The notes beneath the pieces were generated by a model. It searched no databases. It saw nothing but the letters and a program-made list of their open reading frames with translations, and was not told the DNA's origin. A DNA stretch of 54,805 nucleotides from an uncultured Thiopseudomonas sp. (GTDB lineage Bacteria; Pseudomonadota; Gammaproteobacteria; Pseudomonadales; Pseudomonadaceae). Positions within the stretch are counted from its first letter, which is position 1. Every line of letters begins with the position of its first letter. Below are positions 1-12,800 of the stretch, piece after piece. The position numbers and the translations under genes were made by a program. The stretch is taken from contig CAZBXG010000001.1 in the NCBI GenBank assembly GCA_964495925.1, positions 21,336 to 76,140 on the forward strand. Reading direction: 5' to 3'.

Positions 1-276
1 GCGGATTTTGCTGAGCTGGCTGCTGCCGTGCAACAGCATTGCCGTTCAGTGATTTTGCTGGGGCGCGATGCGGAAAAAATTCGTCAGGCATTGCAGTCCA
101 CCAATATACCGTTGCTGCTGGTCAGTGATCTGGCGGAAGCGACCGGACAAGCAGCAGCCTTAGCCAGACCGGGCGACGTGGTGGTACTGGCTCCTGCCTG
201 TGCCAGTCTGGACATGTTCAAGAACTTCGAAGAGCGTGGTGAGCTGTTTGTCCGCGCGGTGGAGGGCCTGGCATGA
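1..276 (+). CDS. murD: UDP-N-acetylmuramoyl-L-alanine--D-glutamate ligase, C-terminal part (5' truncated by window edge)
   Basis: C-terminal motif [23 protein letters not shown]; stop overlaps the ftsW start. Confidence 0.93.
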   Translation, partial: ADFAELAAAVQQHCRSVILLGRDAEKIRQALQSTNIPLLLVSDLAEATGQAAALARPGDVVVLAPACASLDMFKNFEERGELFVRAVEGLA

Positions 277-1493
277 TCAAGCGCCATGTATCGGGCTGGT
301 TGCAGAACTCGCCACTGGGTGGCCGCCACCAGAAAGTTGATCTGGATTACTGGTTACTGGGTGCCTGCCTGTGTTTATTGGGCTTGGGGCTGGTGATGAA
401 TGCGTCGGCTTCGTCTGCGGTTTCTGCTGCTCATAACAATGGCAATCATTATTACTACTTTATCCGCCACTCACTGTATGTGGGTGTCAGTTTGGGGGCA
501 GCCCTGTGCTGTTTGCTGGTACCGGTAGAACGCTGGGAAAAATGGAGCTGGCCATTGCTGATGGTTGCTTTGTTGTTGCTGGTGCTGGTGTACGCGCCGG
601 GTATCGGACATGAGGTAAACGGTTCCAAGCGCTGGCTGAATCTGCGCGTGTTCAATCTGCAATCCTCCGAGCCGGCGAAGCTGTTTATGGTGTTTTTCAT
701 TGCCGGGTATCTGGTGCGCCACCAGGTCGAGCTGGAGAAGAAGCTGTTTGGCTTCGTCAAGCCGCTGGCGATACTTCTGGTGTTTGCAGCATTGATTTAT
801 GCAGAGCCGGATTTTGGAGCGACCACGGTGATGGTGGGCAGCGTCGTGGTGATGATTTTCCTCGCCGGCACCAGTATGAAGGTGGCAGCGCCTTTGTTGA
901 TTATTTTGGGTGGGCTGGGCTGGTTCTTTGTAACGGCAGAAGACTATCGGCTGGAGCGTATCACCAGCTTTACCGACCCGTTTCGTGACCAGTTCGGCAG
1001 TGGCTACCAGCTGTCCCAGGCACTTATTGCGTTTGGGCGTGGTGACATTTTTGGTGCCGGACTGGGCAACAGCGTGCAAAAGCAGTTTTATTTGCCGGAG
1101 GCCCACACCGACTTCGTATTTGCCGTGCTGGCCGAAGAATTGGGCATGGTCGGTGCTTTGCTGACTGTGGCCATGCTGACGTTTGTTTGTGTCCGGGCGC
1201 TACGGATTGGACGACGCGCCCAGTTGGCCGGACAGGCGTTTGCTGCTTACTGCGCCTACGGCATTGCCATGATGTGGACCGGTCAGGCGTTCATCAATAT
1301 TGGTGTGAATGCCGGGCTGCTGCCGACCAAAGGGTTGACGTTGCCGTTTATCAGTTATGGCGGCAGTTCGCTGGTGATTTGCTGTGTATCGCTGGCGGTG
1401 CTGATTCGTATTGAGTGGGAATTGCGTCAGTCACTGAAGGCTCCGGCGCGCCCGTTACGCCAGCCGGTGCAGAAGGAGATGGATTATGCCTAA
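273..1493 (+). CDS. ftsW: SEDS peptidoglycan polymerase FtsW
   Basis: Multi-TM protein; [25 protein letters not shown] and [10 protein letters not shown] motifs; dcw position. Confidence 0.96.
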   Translation: MIKRHVSGWLQNSPLGGRHQKVDLDYWLLGACLCLLGLGLVMNASASSAVSAAHNNGNHYYYFIRHSLYVGVSLGAALCCLLVPVERWEKWSWPLLMVALLLLVLVYAPGIGHEVNGSKRWLNLRVFNLQSSEPAKLFMVFFIAGYLVRHQVELEKKLFGFVKPLAILLVFAALIYAEPDFGATTVMVGSVVVMIFLAGTSMKVAAPLLIILGGLGWFFVTAEDYRLERITSFTDPFRDQFGSGYQLSQALIAFGRGDIFGAGLGNSVQKQFYLPEAHTDFVFAVLAEELGMVGALLTVAMLTFVCVRALRIGRRAQLAGQAFAAYCAYGIAMMWTGQAFINIGVNAGLLPTKGLTLPFISYGGSSLVICCVSLAVLIRIEWELRQSLKAPARPLRQPVQKEMDYA

Positions 1494-2548
1494 GACCATC
1501 CTGATCATGGCCGCGGGTACCGGTGGGCATGTGTTCCCCGCGCTGGCGTGTGCGGAAGAGTTACGTAGTCGTGGTTATCAGGTGCACTGGCTTGGTGCTG
1601 GACGCGGTATTGAATGTCGTGTGGTGCCGGCTGCCGGTATCGAGTTGCACAATATTGCCGCCACCGGTTTACGGGGTAAAGGCATGCTGCAATTGATCAA
1701 GGCTCCTTTGCAGTTGTTGGGTGCATTGTGGCAGTCCTGGCGGTTGATGCGCCGGTTGCGCCCGGCCTGTGTGCTGGGCATGGGCGGCTATGTGACCGGC
1801 CCCGGCGGTCTGGCTGCGCGACTGTGCGGTGTACCACTGGTAATTCATGAGCAGAATGCGGTCGCCGGCACGGCCAATCGTAGTCTGGCGCGTTTTGCCA
1901 AACGTATTTGTCAGGCATTTCCCGGTGCTTTTGCTGATGGCGACAAGGTGTTGACCACTGGAAATCCGGTGCGCGCCGAGTTGGTGATCCGCGCGCTGGA
2001 CAAACAGCAAGTCGCGACACCGCCGCGCTTGCTGGTGGTCGGTGGCAGTTTGGGTGCCGAGCCACTGAATAAACTGTTGCCCGCAGCACTGGGCTTGTTG
2101 CCGCAGAAGTTGCGCCCGGAAGTGCGCCACCAGTGCGGCGAGCAGCACGCCGAGATTACCCGGCAGCGCTACACCGGAGCTGGTGTTGAGGCGCAGGTGG
2201 CTCCTTTTATTGACGACATGGCCGAGGCTTACGTCTGGGCCGATCTGGTGATTTGTCGCTCGGGCGCGCTGACCGTGAGTGAGCTGGCAGTAATGGGGCG
2301 TGCCTCTTTTCTGGTGCCGCTGCCCCATGCTATCGACGATCACCAAAGCAAGAATGCAGAGTTTTTGGCGCAACGGGGTGCGGCGCTGATTTTGCCGCAA
2401 ACAGATACTAGCCCCGAGGTGTTGGCGGAACATTTGACCGAGGTTTTCATGAATAGCCACAGGCTGATCGAAATGGCGCAACAGGCGCGTACACTGGCCC
2501 GGCCGCAGGCGGCACAGCAGGTGGTAGATATCTGTCTGGAGGTGGCCC

Positions 2549-2556
<8 letters not shown>
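1486..2556 (+). CDS. murG: Lipid II GlcNAc transferase MurG
   Basis: [34 protein letters not shown] motifs. Confidence 0.97.
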
Positions 2557-4929
<2,373 letters not shown>

Positions 4930-4932
4930 CTC

Positions 4933-5781
4933 ATGAATATGCGGGCGGGCAATCAGGGCAAAAGCAACATGCGGGTGCAAACCACTCCGCGTGGTGCCAG
5001 CCGTATTGCTCCGCCGGCAGGCACGCGGCGGGTGTGGCGTGCGCCAAATATCAACTGGCGGCTGACCGGGCGGTTTGTCCTGTCGATGCTCATAGTGGTG
5101 GCGCTGGGTGCAGCCTTGCAGGGTTGGGAAAGGCTCAAGCCAGAGCTGGACCGCCCCATCGCGCAAGTTTTGGTGGAAAGCAAGCTGGGCAAGGTCGAGA
5201 CGCACAATCAGCTGGAGCTGCAGCAACAGCTGGAACGTTTTGGCGAAGTGCGGTTTTTAACGGCCAATCTGGTCGCGATGCAGCAGGCGCTGGAACAGTT
5301 GCCCTGGGTGGACCAGGCACGTATTAGCCGGGTCTGGCCAGACCAGTTGAAAGTTGAAGTGATTGAACAGCAGCCGATTGCGCGCTGGGGTGATGAACAA
5401 TGGCTGAACAGCCGCGGGCAGGTATTCCGTGGTGCGGCGCGGGCTCCCGAAGCTGGCATGCCGCAACTGACTGGACCGGACGGAACACAGGAGCAGGTGA
5501 TGCAGCAGTACTGGAGCCTGACCCAAGTATTGCGGCCTTTGGGGCACAGCATCGCACAGCTTGAGTTACGCGCTCGTGGCAGCTGGTTTGTAACCACCAG
5601 CGAAGGGCTGGAGCTGTTGTTGGGGCGTGACGAGATTTTGGAAAAGATGCGACGTTTTACCAGTATTTACGAGCTTGAGCTCAAACAGCGGATCAACCAG
5701 GTTGCACGTGTCGACCTGCGTTACGCCAATGGCCTGGCAATCGCCTGGCGTGACCAGAACAGTGAAACTGCGGTGCAGTAG
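4933..5781 (+). CDS. ftsQ: Cell division protein FtsQ
   Basis: Single N-terminal TM, POTRA segment LPWVDQARISRVWP, C-terminal VDLRYANGLAI; lies between ddl and ftsA. Confidence 0.94.
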   Translation: MNMRAGNQGKSNMRVQTTPRGASRIAPPAGTRRVWRAPNINWRLTGRFVLSMLIVVALGAALQGWERLKPELDRPIAQVLVESKLGKVETHNQLELQQQLERFGEVRFLTANLVAMQQALEQLPWVDQARISRVWPDQLKVEVIEQQPIARWGDEQWLNSRGQVFRGAARAPEAGMPQLTGPDGTQEQVMQQYWSLTQVLRPLGHSIAQLELRARGSWFVTTSEGLELLLGRDEILEKMRRFTSIYELELKQRINQVARVDLRYANGLAIAWRDQNSETAVQ

Positions 5782-5796
5782 GAGAGACGGTTTTAA

Positions 5797-7047
5797 ATGA
5801 CGTACCAAACAGGTCAAAACATGATCGTTGGACTGGATATCGGCACCTCCAAGGTGGTGGCGCTGATCGCTGAGGTATTGCCGGGTGACGAGCTGCATGT
5901 AGTCGGCATGGGTACCAGCCCGACGCGCGGACTGAAAAAAGGCGTTGTAGTGGATATCGAGTCCACTGTGCAGTCGATCCAGCAAGCCATTGATGAGGCG
6001 CAGCAACTGGCCGAATGTCATGTGCATTCAGCTTATGTTGGTCTGGCTGGCAGTCATATCCGTAGCCAGAACTCGGACGGCAGTGTCGCCATCCACAATG
6101 GTGAAGTCAGCCGCAAGGATCTGGAGCGGGTACTGGATGCGGCTCAGGCCGTACCTATTGCTGCCGACCAGCGGATTTTGCACACGCTGGCCCAGGATTA
6201 CATCATCGACAAGCAGGAAGGGGTGCGTCAGCCATTAGGAATGTCCGGCGTACGCCTTGAAGCCCGTGTGCATGTGGTGACCTGCGCTACCAATGCGGCA
6301 CAAAACGTCGAAAAATGCGTCAGCCGCTGCGGCATTGAGCTGGATGGTGCAATTCTTGAGCAACTGGCTTCGGCTACCGCCGTGCTGACCGATGATGAAA
6401 TGGAGCTGGGCGTGTGCCTGGTCGATATCGGCAGTGGTACGGCCGACATTGCCATCTTCACTGAAGGCGCGATTCGTTATACCGCAGTGATTCCGGTGGC
6501 GGGTGATCAAGTCACCAACGATATTGCGATGGCCCTGCGTACACCCACGCAGTATGCCGAAGAAATCAAGATTCGCTATGCCTGCGCTTTGGCCAAGCTG
6601 ACTCATCCTGATGAGACCATCAAGGTGCCGAGTGTTGGCGATCGTCCGCCGCGTGACTTGTCACGCCAGGCACTGGCTGAAGTGGTCGAGGCCCGTTACG
6701 AAGAGCTGTTCCAGCTGATTCACGCCAAGATTCGCAACAGCGGCTACGAAGACATGATTCCGGCCGGCATTGTGTTGACCGGTGGTACGGCAAAAATGGA
6801 AGGAGCGGTTGAGCTGGCCGAAGAAGTTTTTCATATGCCGGTGCGTGTTGGCGGGCCACAAGGCATCAAGGGCATGTCCGAGCTGTTGCGTAACCCTGTG
6901 TATTCCACGGCCGTGGGCCTGCTGATGTATGGGCGGAACAAACAAAAAGATGGTGCGCCTGCCGAGCACGGCGGCGAGCCATCTGGTGACAGTAATAAGC
7001 CTTCGGCAATGCAACGCATCCGCCGCTGGATTCAAAACAATTTTTAA
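5797..7047 (+). CDS. ftsA: Cell division protein FtsA
   Basis: GLDIGTSKV, VLTGG and a C-terminal amphipathic helix (RIRRWIQNNF). Confidence 0.97.
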   Translation: MTYQTGQNMIVGLDIGTSKVVALIAEVLPGDELHVVGMGTSPTRGLKKGVVVDIESTVQSIQQAIDEAQQLAECHVHSAYVGLAGSHIRSQNSDGSVAIHNGEVSRKDLERVLDAAQAVPIAADQRILHTLAQDYIIDKQEGVRQPLGMSGVRLEARVHVVTCATNAAQNVEKCVSRCGIELDGAILEQLASATAVLTDDEMELGVCLVDIGSGTADIAIFTEGAIRYTAVIPVAGDQVTNDIAMALRTPTQYAEEIKIRYACALAKLTHPDETIKVPSVGDRPPRDLSRQALAEVVEARYEELFQLIHAKIRNSGYEDMIPAGIVLTGGTAKMEGAVELAEEVFHMPVRVGGPQGIKGMSELLRNPVYSTAVGLLMYGRNKQKDGAPAEHGGEPSGDSNKPSAMQRIRRWIQNNF

Positions 7048-7096
7048 TTAAAAACAGCCGGTAGAACCGGCGAACCGTCAAGGTGAGGAGAGCACT

Positions 7097-8293
7097 ATGT
7101 TCGATTTAGTAGACCAGACCAGCAAAAGCGCAGTCATCAAGGTAGTGGGTGTGGGCGGCGGCGGCGGCAATGCTGTCAACCACATGATCAACAACAACAT
7201 TGAAGGCGTCGAATTCATCTGTGCCAATACGGATGCACAGGCACTGCAAAGCGTTGATTCGCGTACTGTTCTGCAGCTGGGCACCAGTGTTACCAAGGGA
7301 CTGGGTGCAGGTGCCAATCCGGAAGTGGGGCGCAAGGCTGCGGAAGAAGACCGTGAGCGCATCGTCGAGGTGCTGGATGGTGCCGACATGGTATTCATTG
7401 CCACCGGTATGGGTGGTGGTACAGGTACGGGTGCAGCTCCGGTGATTGCCGAAGTGGCCAAGCAAATGGGCATCCTGACTGTGGCCATCGTCACCCGTCC
7501 GTTCCCGTTTGAAGGCAAGCGTCGTCAGCAAATTGCCGAGACCGGCATTCGTGAGCTGGCGGAGCACTGCGACTCACTGATCACCATTCCCAACGAAAAA
7601 CTGCTGACCATTCTGGGCAAAGATGCCAGCTTGCTCAGTGCCTTTGCCAAGGCTGATGATGTTTTGACCGGCGCCGTCCGTGGTATTTCCGACATCATCA
7701 AGCGTCCTGGCATGATCAACGTCGACTTTGCCGACGTGCGTACCGTGATGAGTGAAATGGGCATGGCAATGATGGGTACTGGCCGTGCCAGCGGCCCGAA
7801 CCGTGCCCGTGAAGCGACCGAAGAAGCCATTCGCAACCCGCTGCTGGATGATGTCAACCTGCAGGGCGCGCGCGGTATTCTGGTCAACATCACTTCCGGC
7901 CCGGACCTGTCGATTGGCGAATACTCCGAAGTGGGTGAAATTATTGAGGAATACGCCACCGAAGAAGCCATTGTCAAAGTGGGTACCGCGATTGACCCCG
8001 ACATGCGTGACGAGCTGCATGTCACTGTGGTGGTTACCGGTCTGAACAGCCGTGTTGAAAAGCCGGTGAAAGTGGTTGATAACACCGTTAAGGCCAACCA
8101 GGGCGTGGATGCAGTGGCCAGCGCGGTGGTAACCGCCAAAGCGGTAGGCGACAGCTTCAACAGCGATTACAGCAGCTATGACCGTCCAACCACTTTCCGT
8201 CGCAATGCGGCAGCAGCTTCGGCAGCACCGCAGCAACAGGAAGAGCTGGATTATCTGGATATCCCTGCATTCCTGCGTCGACAGGCCGACTAA
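7097..8293 (+). CDS. ftsZ: Cell division protein FtsZ
   Basis: GGGTGTG tubulin signature, NVDFAD, C-terminal LDIPAFLRRQAD. Confidence 0.99.
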   Translation: MFDLVDQTSKSAVIKVVGVGGGGGNAVNHMINNNIEGVEFICANTDAQALQSVDSRTVLQLGTSVTKGLGAGANPEVGRKAAEEDRERIVEVLDGADMVFIATGMGGGTGTGAAPVIAEVAKQMGILTVAIVTRPFPFEGKRRQQIAETGIRELAEHCDSLITIPNEKLLTILGKDASLLSAFAKADDVLTGAVRGISDIIKRPGMINVDFADVRTVMSEMGMAMMGTGRASGPNRAREATEEAIRNPLLDDVNLQGARGILVNITSGPDLSIGEYSEVGEIIEEYATEEAIVKVGTAIDPDMRDELHVTVVVTGLNSRVEKPVKVVDNTVKANQGVDAVASAVVTAKAVGDSFNSDYSSYDRPTTFRRNAAAASAAPQQQEELDYLDIPAFLRRQAD

Positions 8294-8399
8294 GGCAGAG
8301 GGGTTTTTATCGTGGTGGTTTCTCTATTGAGGCGGCATCTGTTAAGATGCCGCCAATTGAAAACCATTCGCAATATTTAATGGCAGCGACCCGTTTAGC

Positions 8400-9311
8400 A
8401 TGATCAGACAACGTACTTTGAAAAACACCATCCGGGCCACAGGAATTGGCTTGCACTCGGGCGAAAAGATTTATCTGACGCTCAAGCCGGCACCCATTGA
8501 CTCCGGCATTGTCTTCCGCCGCATGGATCTTGATCCTGCCGTGGAAATCCGTGCGCTGGCAGATAATGTAGGCGAAACCACCATGTCGACCACTTTGGCC
8601 AATGGTGATGTCAAAGTCGATACGGTCGAGCATTTGCTGTCAGCCATGGCAGGTCTGGGCATAGATAACGCTTATGTTGAGCTGTCAGCCCCGGAAGTAC
8701 CGATCATGGACGGCAGTGCAGGACCATTTGTCTTTTTGTTGCAGTCGGCCGGGCTGGAAGATCAGGAAGCTCCAAAAGAGTTTATCCGTATCTTGCGTGA
8801 AGTCACGGTCAGCGATGGCGAAAAGAAAGCGACCTTCGTGCCGTTTGACGGCTTTAAAGTCAGCTTTGAGATCGACTTTGACCACCCGGTGGTAGCTGGT
8901 CGTACACAAGTGGCCAGCGTTGACTTTTCCAGCACTTCCTTTGTCAAGGAAGTCAGTCGTGCGCGAACCTTTGGCTTTATGCGCGATATCGAATACCTGC
9001 GTGCACACAACCTGGCGTTGGGTGGAAGCCTGGAAAACGCCATTGTAGTGGACGAGGATGCTGTCCTGAACGAAGACGGCCTGCGCTACGAGGATGAATT
9101 CGTCAAGCACAAGATACTGGATGCTATTGGTGACCTGTATCTGCTGGGCAAGAGCCTGATTGGCGAGTTTCGTGGTTACAAGTCCGGCCATGCCCTGAAC
9201 AACCAGTTATTGCGCGCACTATTGAGCCAGCCCGATGCCTGGGAAGTGGTCACTTTCGATGACGCTGCCACAGCTCCGATCTCTTATATGCGACCTGCTG
9301 CGTTCCAATAA
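8400..9311 (+). CDS. lpxC: UDP-3-O-acyl-GlcNAc deacetylase
   Basis: [26 protein letters not shown] motifs. Confidence 0.98.
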   Translation: MIRQRTLKNTIRATGIGLHSGEKIYLTLKPAPIDSGIVFRRMDLDPAVEIRALADNVGETTMSTTLANGDVKVDTVEHLLSAMAGLGIDNAYVELSAPEVPIMDGSAGPFVFLLQSAGLEDQEAPKEFIRILREVTVSDGEKKATFVPFDGFKVSFEIDFDHPVVAGRTQVASVDFSSTSFVKEVSRARTFGFMRDIEYLRAHNLALGGSLENAIVVDEDAVLNEDGLRYEDEFVKHKILDAIGDLYLLGKSLIGEFRGYKSGHALNNQLLRALLSQPDAWEVVTFDDAATAPISYMRPAAFQ

Positions 9312-9334
9312 GCAGCATCTCTCCTTGAATTTAT

Positions 9335-9362
9335 AACCACCTGCTTGCGGGTGGTTTTTTTT
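9335..9362 (+). terminator. Intrinsic terminator of the dcw/lpxC transcript
   Basis: aaccacctg-cttg-cgggtggtt hairpin followed by a T run. Confidence 0.85.
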
Positions 9363-9522
9363 GCCTGAAAAACTGATTAAAGCTGTGATAGCTGCAATAT
9401 GCTGGTCTTTTGATATGTTTCAGGGGCGATGAGGCGCGGCTGCTCAGGGACGGTTCTATATTCCTTGCCACTTTGCTTTATACTGCCTCCACTCAATCCG
9501 ACACCCGCCTACTGGAGTGCCC

Positions 9523-10161
9523 ATGTCTGTTCAAGAAATCCGTCATCCCCTGATCCGTCACAAGCTGGGCCTGATGCGCAGTGCCGAACTCAGCACCAAG
9601 AATTTTCGTGAGCTGGCCCAAGAAATTGGTACATTGCTAACGTACGAAGCAACCCAGGATTTGCCTCTGGAAAGCTACAGCATTCAGGGGTGGGACGGTG
9701 AGGTGGAAGTTGAAAAAATCGCAGGTAAAAAAATCACCGTGGTACCGATTTTGCGGGCCGGCATCGGCATGCTGGAAGGTGTACTCAGCCTGATTCCAGG
9801 TGCCAAGGTTAGTGCTGTCGGAGTGGTACGTAACGAGGAAACCTTGCAGGCACAAACCTATCTGGAAAAACTGGCTCCTGACATGCACTCCAGATTGGCC
9901 CTGATCATTGATCCGATGCTGGCAACCGGTAACTCAATGGTTGCCACGATCGACTTGCTGAAAAAAGCCGGTTGTCGCGAGATTCGGGCGATGGTGCTGG
10001 TTGCTGCGCCGCTGGGCATTGAAGCGGTACAGAAAGCTCATCCCGACGTAAAGATCTATACCGCATCGGTAGACCAGGGATTGAACGAAAAAGGCTATAT
10101 CATCCCAGGACTGGGTGATGCTGGTGACCGCATCTTCGGGACCAAGCAAAAGGACAACTGA
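9523..10161 (+). CDS. upp: Uracil phosphoribosyltransferase
   Basis: [26 protein letters not shown]; start placed at ATG 9523 after GGAG. Confidence 0.97.
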   Translation: MSVQEIRHPLIRHKLGLMRSAELSTKNFRELAQEIGTLLTYEATQDLPLESYSIQGWDGEVEVEKIAGKKITVVPILRAGIGMLEGVLSLIPGAKVSAVGVVRNEETLQAQTYLEKLAPDMHSRLALIIDPMLATGNSMVATIDLLKKAGCREIRAMVLVAAPLGIEAVQKAHPDVKIYTASVDQGLNEKGYIIPGLGDAGDRIFGTKQKDN

Positions 10162-10163
10162 TC

Positions 10164-11396
10164 ATGCAGGACGAAATGCAAAGTAGTGTGCCACGCCAGG
10201 CGCTCGCTGGTGCACAAATGCTGTTTGTTGCTTTTGGCGCGCTGGTGCTGATGCCGCTGATTACCGGGATGGACCCCAACGTGGCCTTGTTTACCGCCGG
10301 TATTGGTACGTTACTGTTCCAGTTGGTAACCAAGCGTCAGGTGCCGGTATTTCTAGCATCCAGCTTTGCTTTTATTGCTCCGATTCTGGCAGCGAAAAAC
10401 TCGTTTGGCATGCCTGCTGTGATGGGGGGCATTATTGCCGCCGGTTTCATGTATGTGTTGCTCAGTTTGGCGGTACAGTTGCGTGGTGCCGGTTTTATTG
10501 AACGCCTGCTGCCACCTGTAGTGGTGGCACCGGTCATCATGTGTATTGGTCTGGCTCTGTCGCCGACCGCAGTCAATATGGCCATGGGCAAGTCCGGTGA
10601 TGGCGGTACGCAACTGGTTGAATACAGTACGGCCATGATCATTTCCATGTCGGCACTGTCCAGTACCCTGATTGTTGCTGTGCTCGGCCGTGGCCTGTTT
10701 AAACTGGTGCCAATTTTGGCCGGGATTATTGTTGGCACCTTGCTGTCGCTGATGTTTGGCGTGGTTGATACCAGCCGGATTGCAGAGGCGTCCTGGCTGG
10801 CCATGCCGGCGTTTGTTGCGCCTGAGTTTCATCTGGGGGCCATTTTGTACATGCTGCCGGTAGCGCTGGCTCCGGCCATTGAGCATATTGGCGGTATTGT
10901 CGCAATTGGCAGTGTAGCCGGGAAAAACTTTATCCAGAAGCCGGGTTTGCAGCGTACTTTGCTGGGCGATGGTTTGGCCACTTCGGCAGCGGGCCTGTTT
11001 GGCGGTCCGCCCAATACGACTTATGCGGAAGTGACCGGTGCGGTGATGCTGACCCGCAACTACAATCCGCTCATCATGACCTGGGCGGCGGTGTTTGCCA
11101 TCGCGCTGGCATTTGTCGGCAAGTTTGGTATCGCACTGCAAAGCATTCCGGTACCGGTCATGGGCGGTATTTTGTGCCTGTTGTTTGGTTCGATTGCAGT
11201 GGTGGGCCTGAATACGCTGATTCGTCAGCAGGTTGACCTGGCAGAGCCGCGCAACCTGATCATTGTGTCGGTGACTCTGGTTTTCGGCATTGGCGGGATG
11301 GTGATGGGCGTGGGTGACTTTGCCCTGTCAGGCATTTCACTTTGTGCTGTGGCTGCGCTGGTGTTGAACCTGGTGTTGCCGCGTACTTTGCCTTAG
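10164..11396 (+). CDS. uraA: Uracil permease (NCS2/NAT family)
   Basis: QMLFVAFGALVL, SSFAFI, EHIG, GPPNTTYAE motifs; directly follows upp. Confidence 0.93.
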   Translation: MQDEMQSSVPRQALAGAQMLFVAFGALVLMPLITGMDPNVALFTAGIGTLLFQLVTKRQVPVFLASSFAFIAPILAAKNSFGMPAVMGGIIAAGFMYVLLSLAVQLRGAGFIERLLPPVVVAPVIMCIGLALSPTAVNMAMGKSGDGGTQLVEYSTAMIISMSALSSTLIVAVLGRGLFKLVPILAGIIVGTLLSLMFGVVDTSRIAEASWLAMPAFVAPEFHLGAILYMLPVALAPAIEHIGGIVAIGSVAGKNFIQKPGLQRTLLGDGLATSAAGLFGGPPNTTYAEVTGAVMLTRNYNPLIMTWAAVFAIALAFVGKFGIALQSIPVPVMGGILCLLFGSIAVVGLNTLIRQQVDLAEPRNLIIVSVTLVFGIGGMVMGVGDFALSGISLCAVAALVLNLVLPRTLP

Positions 11397-11451
11397 TGCA
11401 GGACAGTGGTTGACTGCTTAAAGGTTTATCTAATTGTTACAGGGTTGGGAC

Positions 11452-12009
11452 ATGTCGGAAAATTTGCAACATATCAAACAGGTTATGGAAGAGGCGGATT
11501 GCCTGCATCCACAGACTGAGGTTGAAGCCAGCATCAGCAGCGTGGCCAGCGAGATTACCGCCAAGCTGCAAGACAGTAATCCGGTGGTGTTTTGCGTGAT
11601 GAATGGCGGACTGATTTTTGCCGGACAATTGCTGACTCAATTGAATTTTCCGCTGGAGCAATCCTATTTGCACGCCACACGCTACCGCAATGAAACCCGT
11701 GGTGGTGATCTATTCTGGAAGGCCAAGCCGGAAGTTTCCTTTATTGATCGTGACGTGCTGATTGTTGACGATATTCTGGACGAAGGACATACGCTGACGG
11801 CCATTATTGATTTTTGCCGGCATGCTGGTGCACGCAACGTGTACACGGCCGTGCTGCTGGACAAGCAGCATCAGCGCAAGGCTGATCCCAACTTCAAGGC
11901 GGATTTTGTCGGTCTGTATTGCGAAGATCGCTACGTGTTTGGCTATGGTATGGATTACAAGGGTTATTGGCGCAACGCATCGGCAATTTATGCAGTCAAG
12001 GGAATGTAA
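11452..12009 (+). CDS. hpt: Hypoxanthine-guanine phosphoribosyltransferase
   Basis: PRPP loop VLIVDDILDEGHTL and YVFGYGMDY..YWRN; ATG 11452 preferred over TTG 11434. Confidence 0.88.
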   Translation: MSENLQHIKQVMEEADCLHPQTEVEASISSVASEITAKLQDSNPVVFCVMNGGLIFAGQLLTQLNFPLEQSYLHATRYRNETRGGDLFWKAKPEVSFIDRDVLIVDDILDEGHTLTAIIDFCRHAGARNVYTAVLLDKQHQRKADPNFKADFVGLYCEDRYVFGYGMDYKGYWRNASAIYAVKGM

Positions 12010-12173
12010 GCACTGGTTTGTGTAACAGGCCGGCAGCATTGGGTGTAAGCGTTACGAAAGGCTGGATCCACAAGCTCGCTGTGACTATGTTTGTGTAAGC
12101 TTCAATTGCATCCCGTACAGCTGTCGGTATTACGGGGGCGTCTCATCCTGCCGGCATTCAAACAGTGGTTTAT

Positions 12174-12620
12174 TCAATTTTGTCGAATGTTTTTTGCCAG
12201 GCGTTGCAGGGCTTCGCGCAGCTTAGGGTCTTCGATGTTGGCCGCACCATCGCAAATGTGCTGGCTGGCACTTTCTGAAATATAGCGGCGTTCTTTTTCG
12301 GCAGGTTCCGGAGCATTACCGGCAGGGCGTATTTTGAGCTGGATGCGTTGCAGGGAGGAAAACTCGGGGTGTTGCCGCAGCTGGCCCAGCAACCGGTCCT
12401 GCTGGTAACGCAAGCGCGTGGCCCAGGCTGCTTCGGCCAGCACCAGGGTTAGCACGCCGTTTTCATAGCTACCCAACTGCAGTTGCTCGCGGGCCGCCGG
12501 GGCCAAATAGCCGTGGACCAGGGTTTGCAGCTGGCTGAGGGTTTGCGCCTGTTTGAGCAAACGCTGTAGAAAATGACTGCCGTGCAGAATGTGTGCGGCA
12601 GGCTTGAGCGACTTGTTCAT
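12174..12620 (-). CDS. dciA: DciA (DUF721) replicative helicase loader
   Basis: GVLTL..AEAAWATRLRYQQ domain and C-terminal IEDPKLREALQRLA; divergent from secA as in pseudomonads. Confidence 0.85.
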   Translation of the reverse strand: MNKSLKPAAHILHGSHFLQRLLKQAQTLSQLQTLVHGYLAPAAREQLQLGSYENGVLTLVLAEAAWATRLRYQQDRLLGQLRQHPEFSSLQRIQLKIRPAGNAPEPAEKERRYISESASQHICDGAANIEDPKLREALQRLAKNIRQN

Positions 12621-12800
12621 TATTCATCCTTAAGTGTCAGTCCGTCTTGAACTTCGGAAAACTGGCTCCATGTCAGAAGTATAACCGTTTGTGCGCTGCA
12701 ATCCCGTATAAATGCGGGTAGAATGCATCTTTTATCTTTTCAGCATCGACCGTCAGATTTGCAGGCGGCATGCTTTCAACTGACTGGAAGCCTTACTCCC

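Noticed and set aside
9410-9423. TTGAT-N4-TTCAG near the upp promoter as an ANR box
   Set aside because: Right half-site is weak and there is no supporting context; may be a chance match
12174-12620. dciA as a novel replication factor co-occurring with dnaB
   Set aside because: An established helicase loader in bacteria lacking dnaC/dnaI; 23 kb from dnaB, so no special linkage
12723-12800. 26-codon in-frame extension upstream of secA as a possible SecM-like leader
   Set aside because: In frame with secA with no separate stop, no signal peptide or arrest motif, and it overlaps a probable -10 (TAGAAT); most likely a 5' UTR
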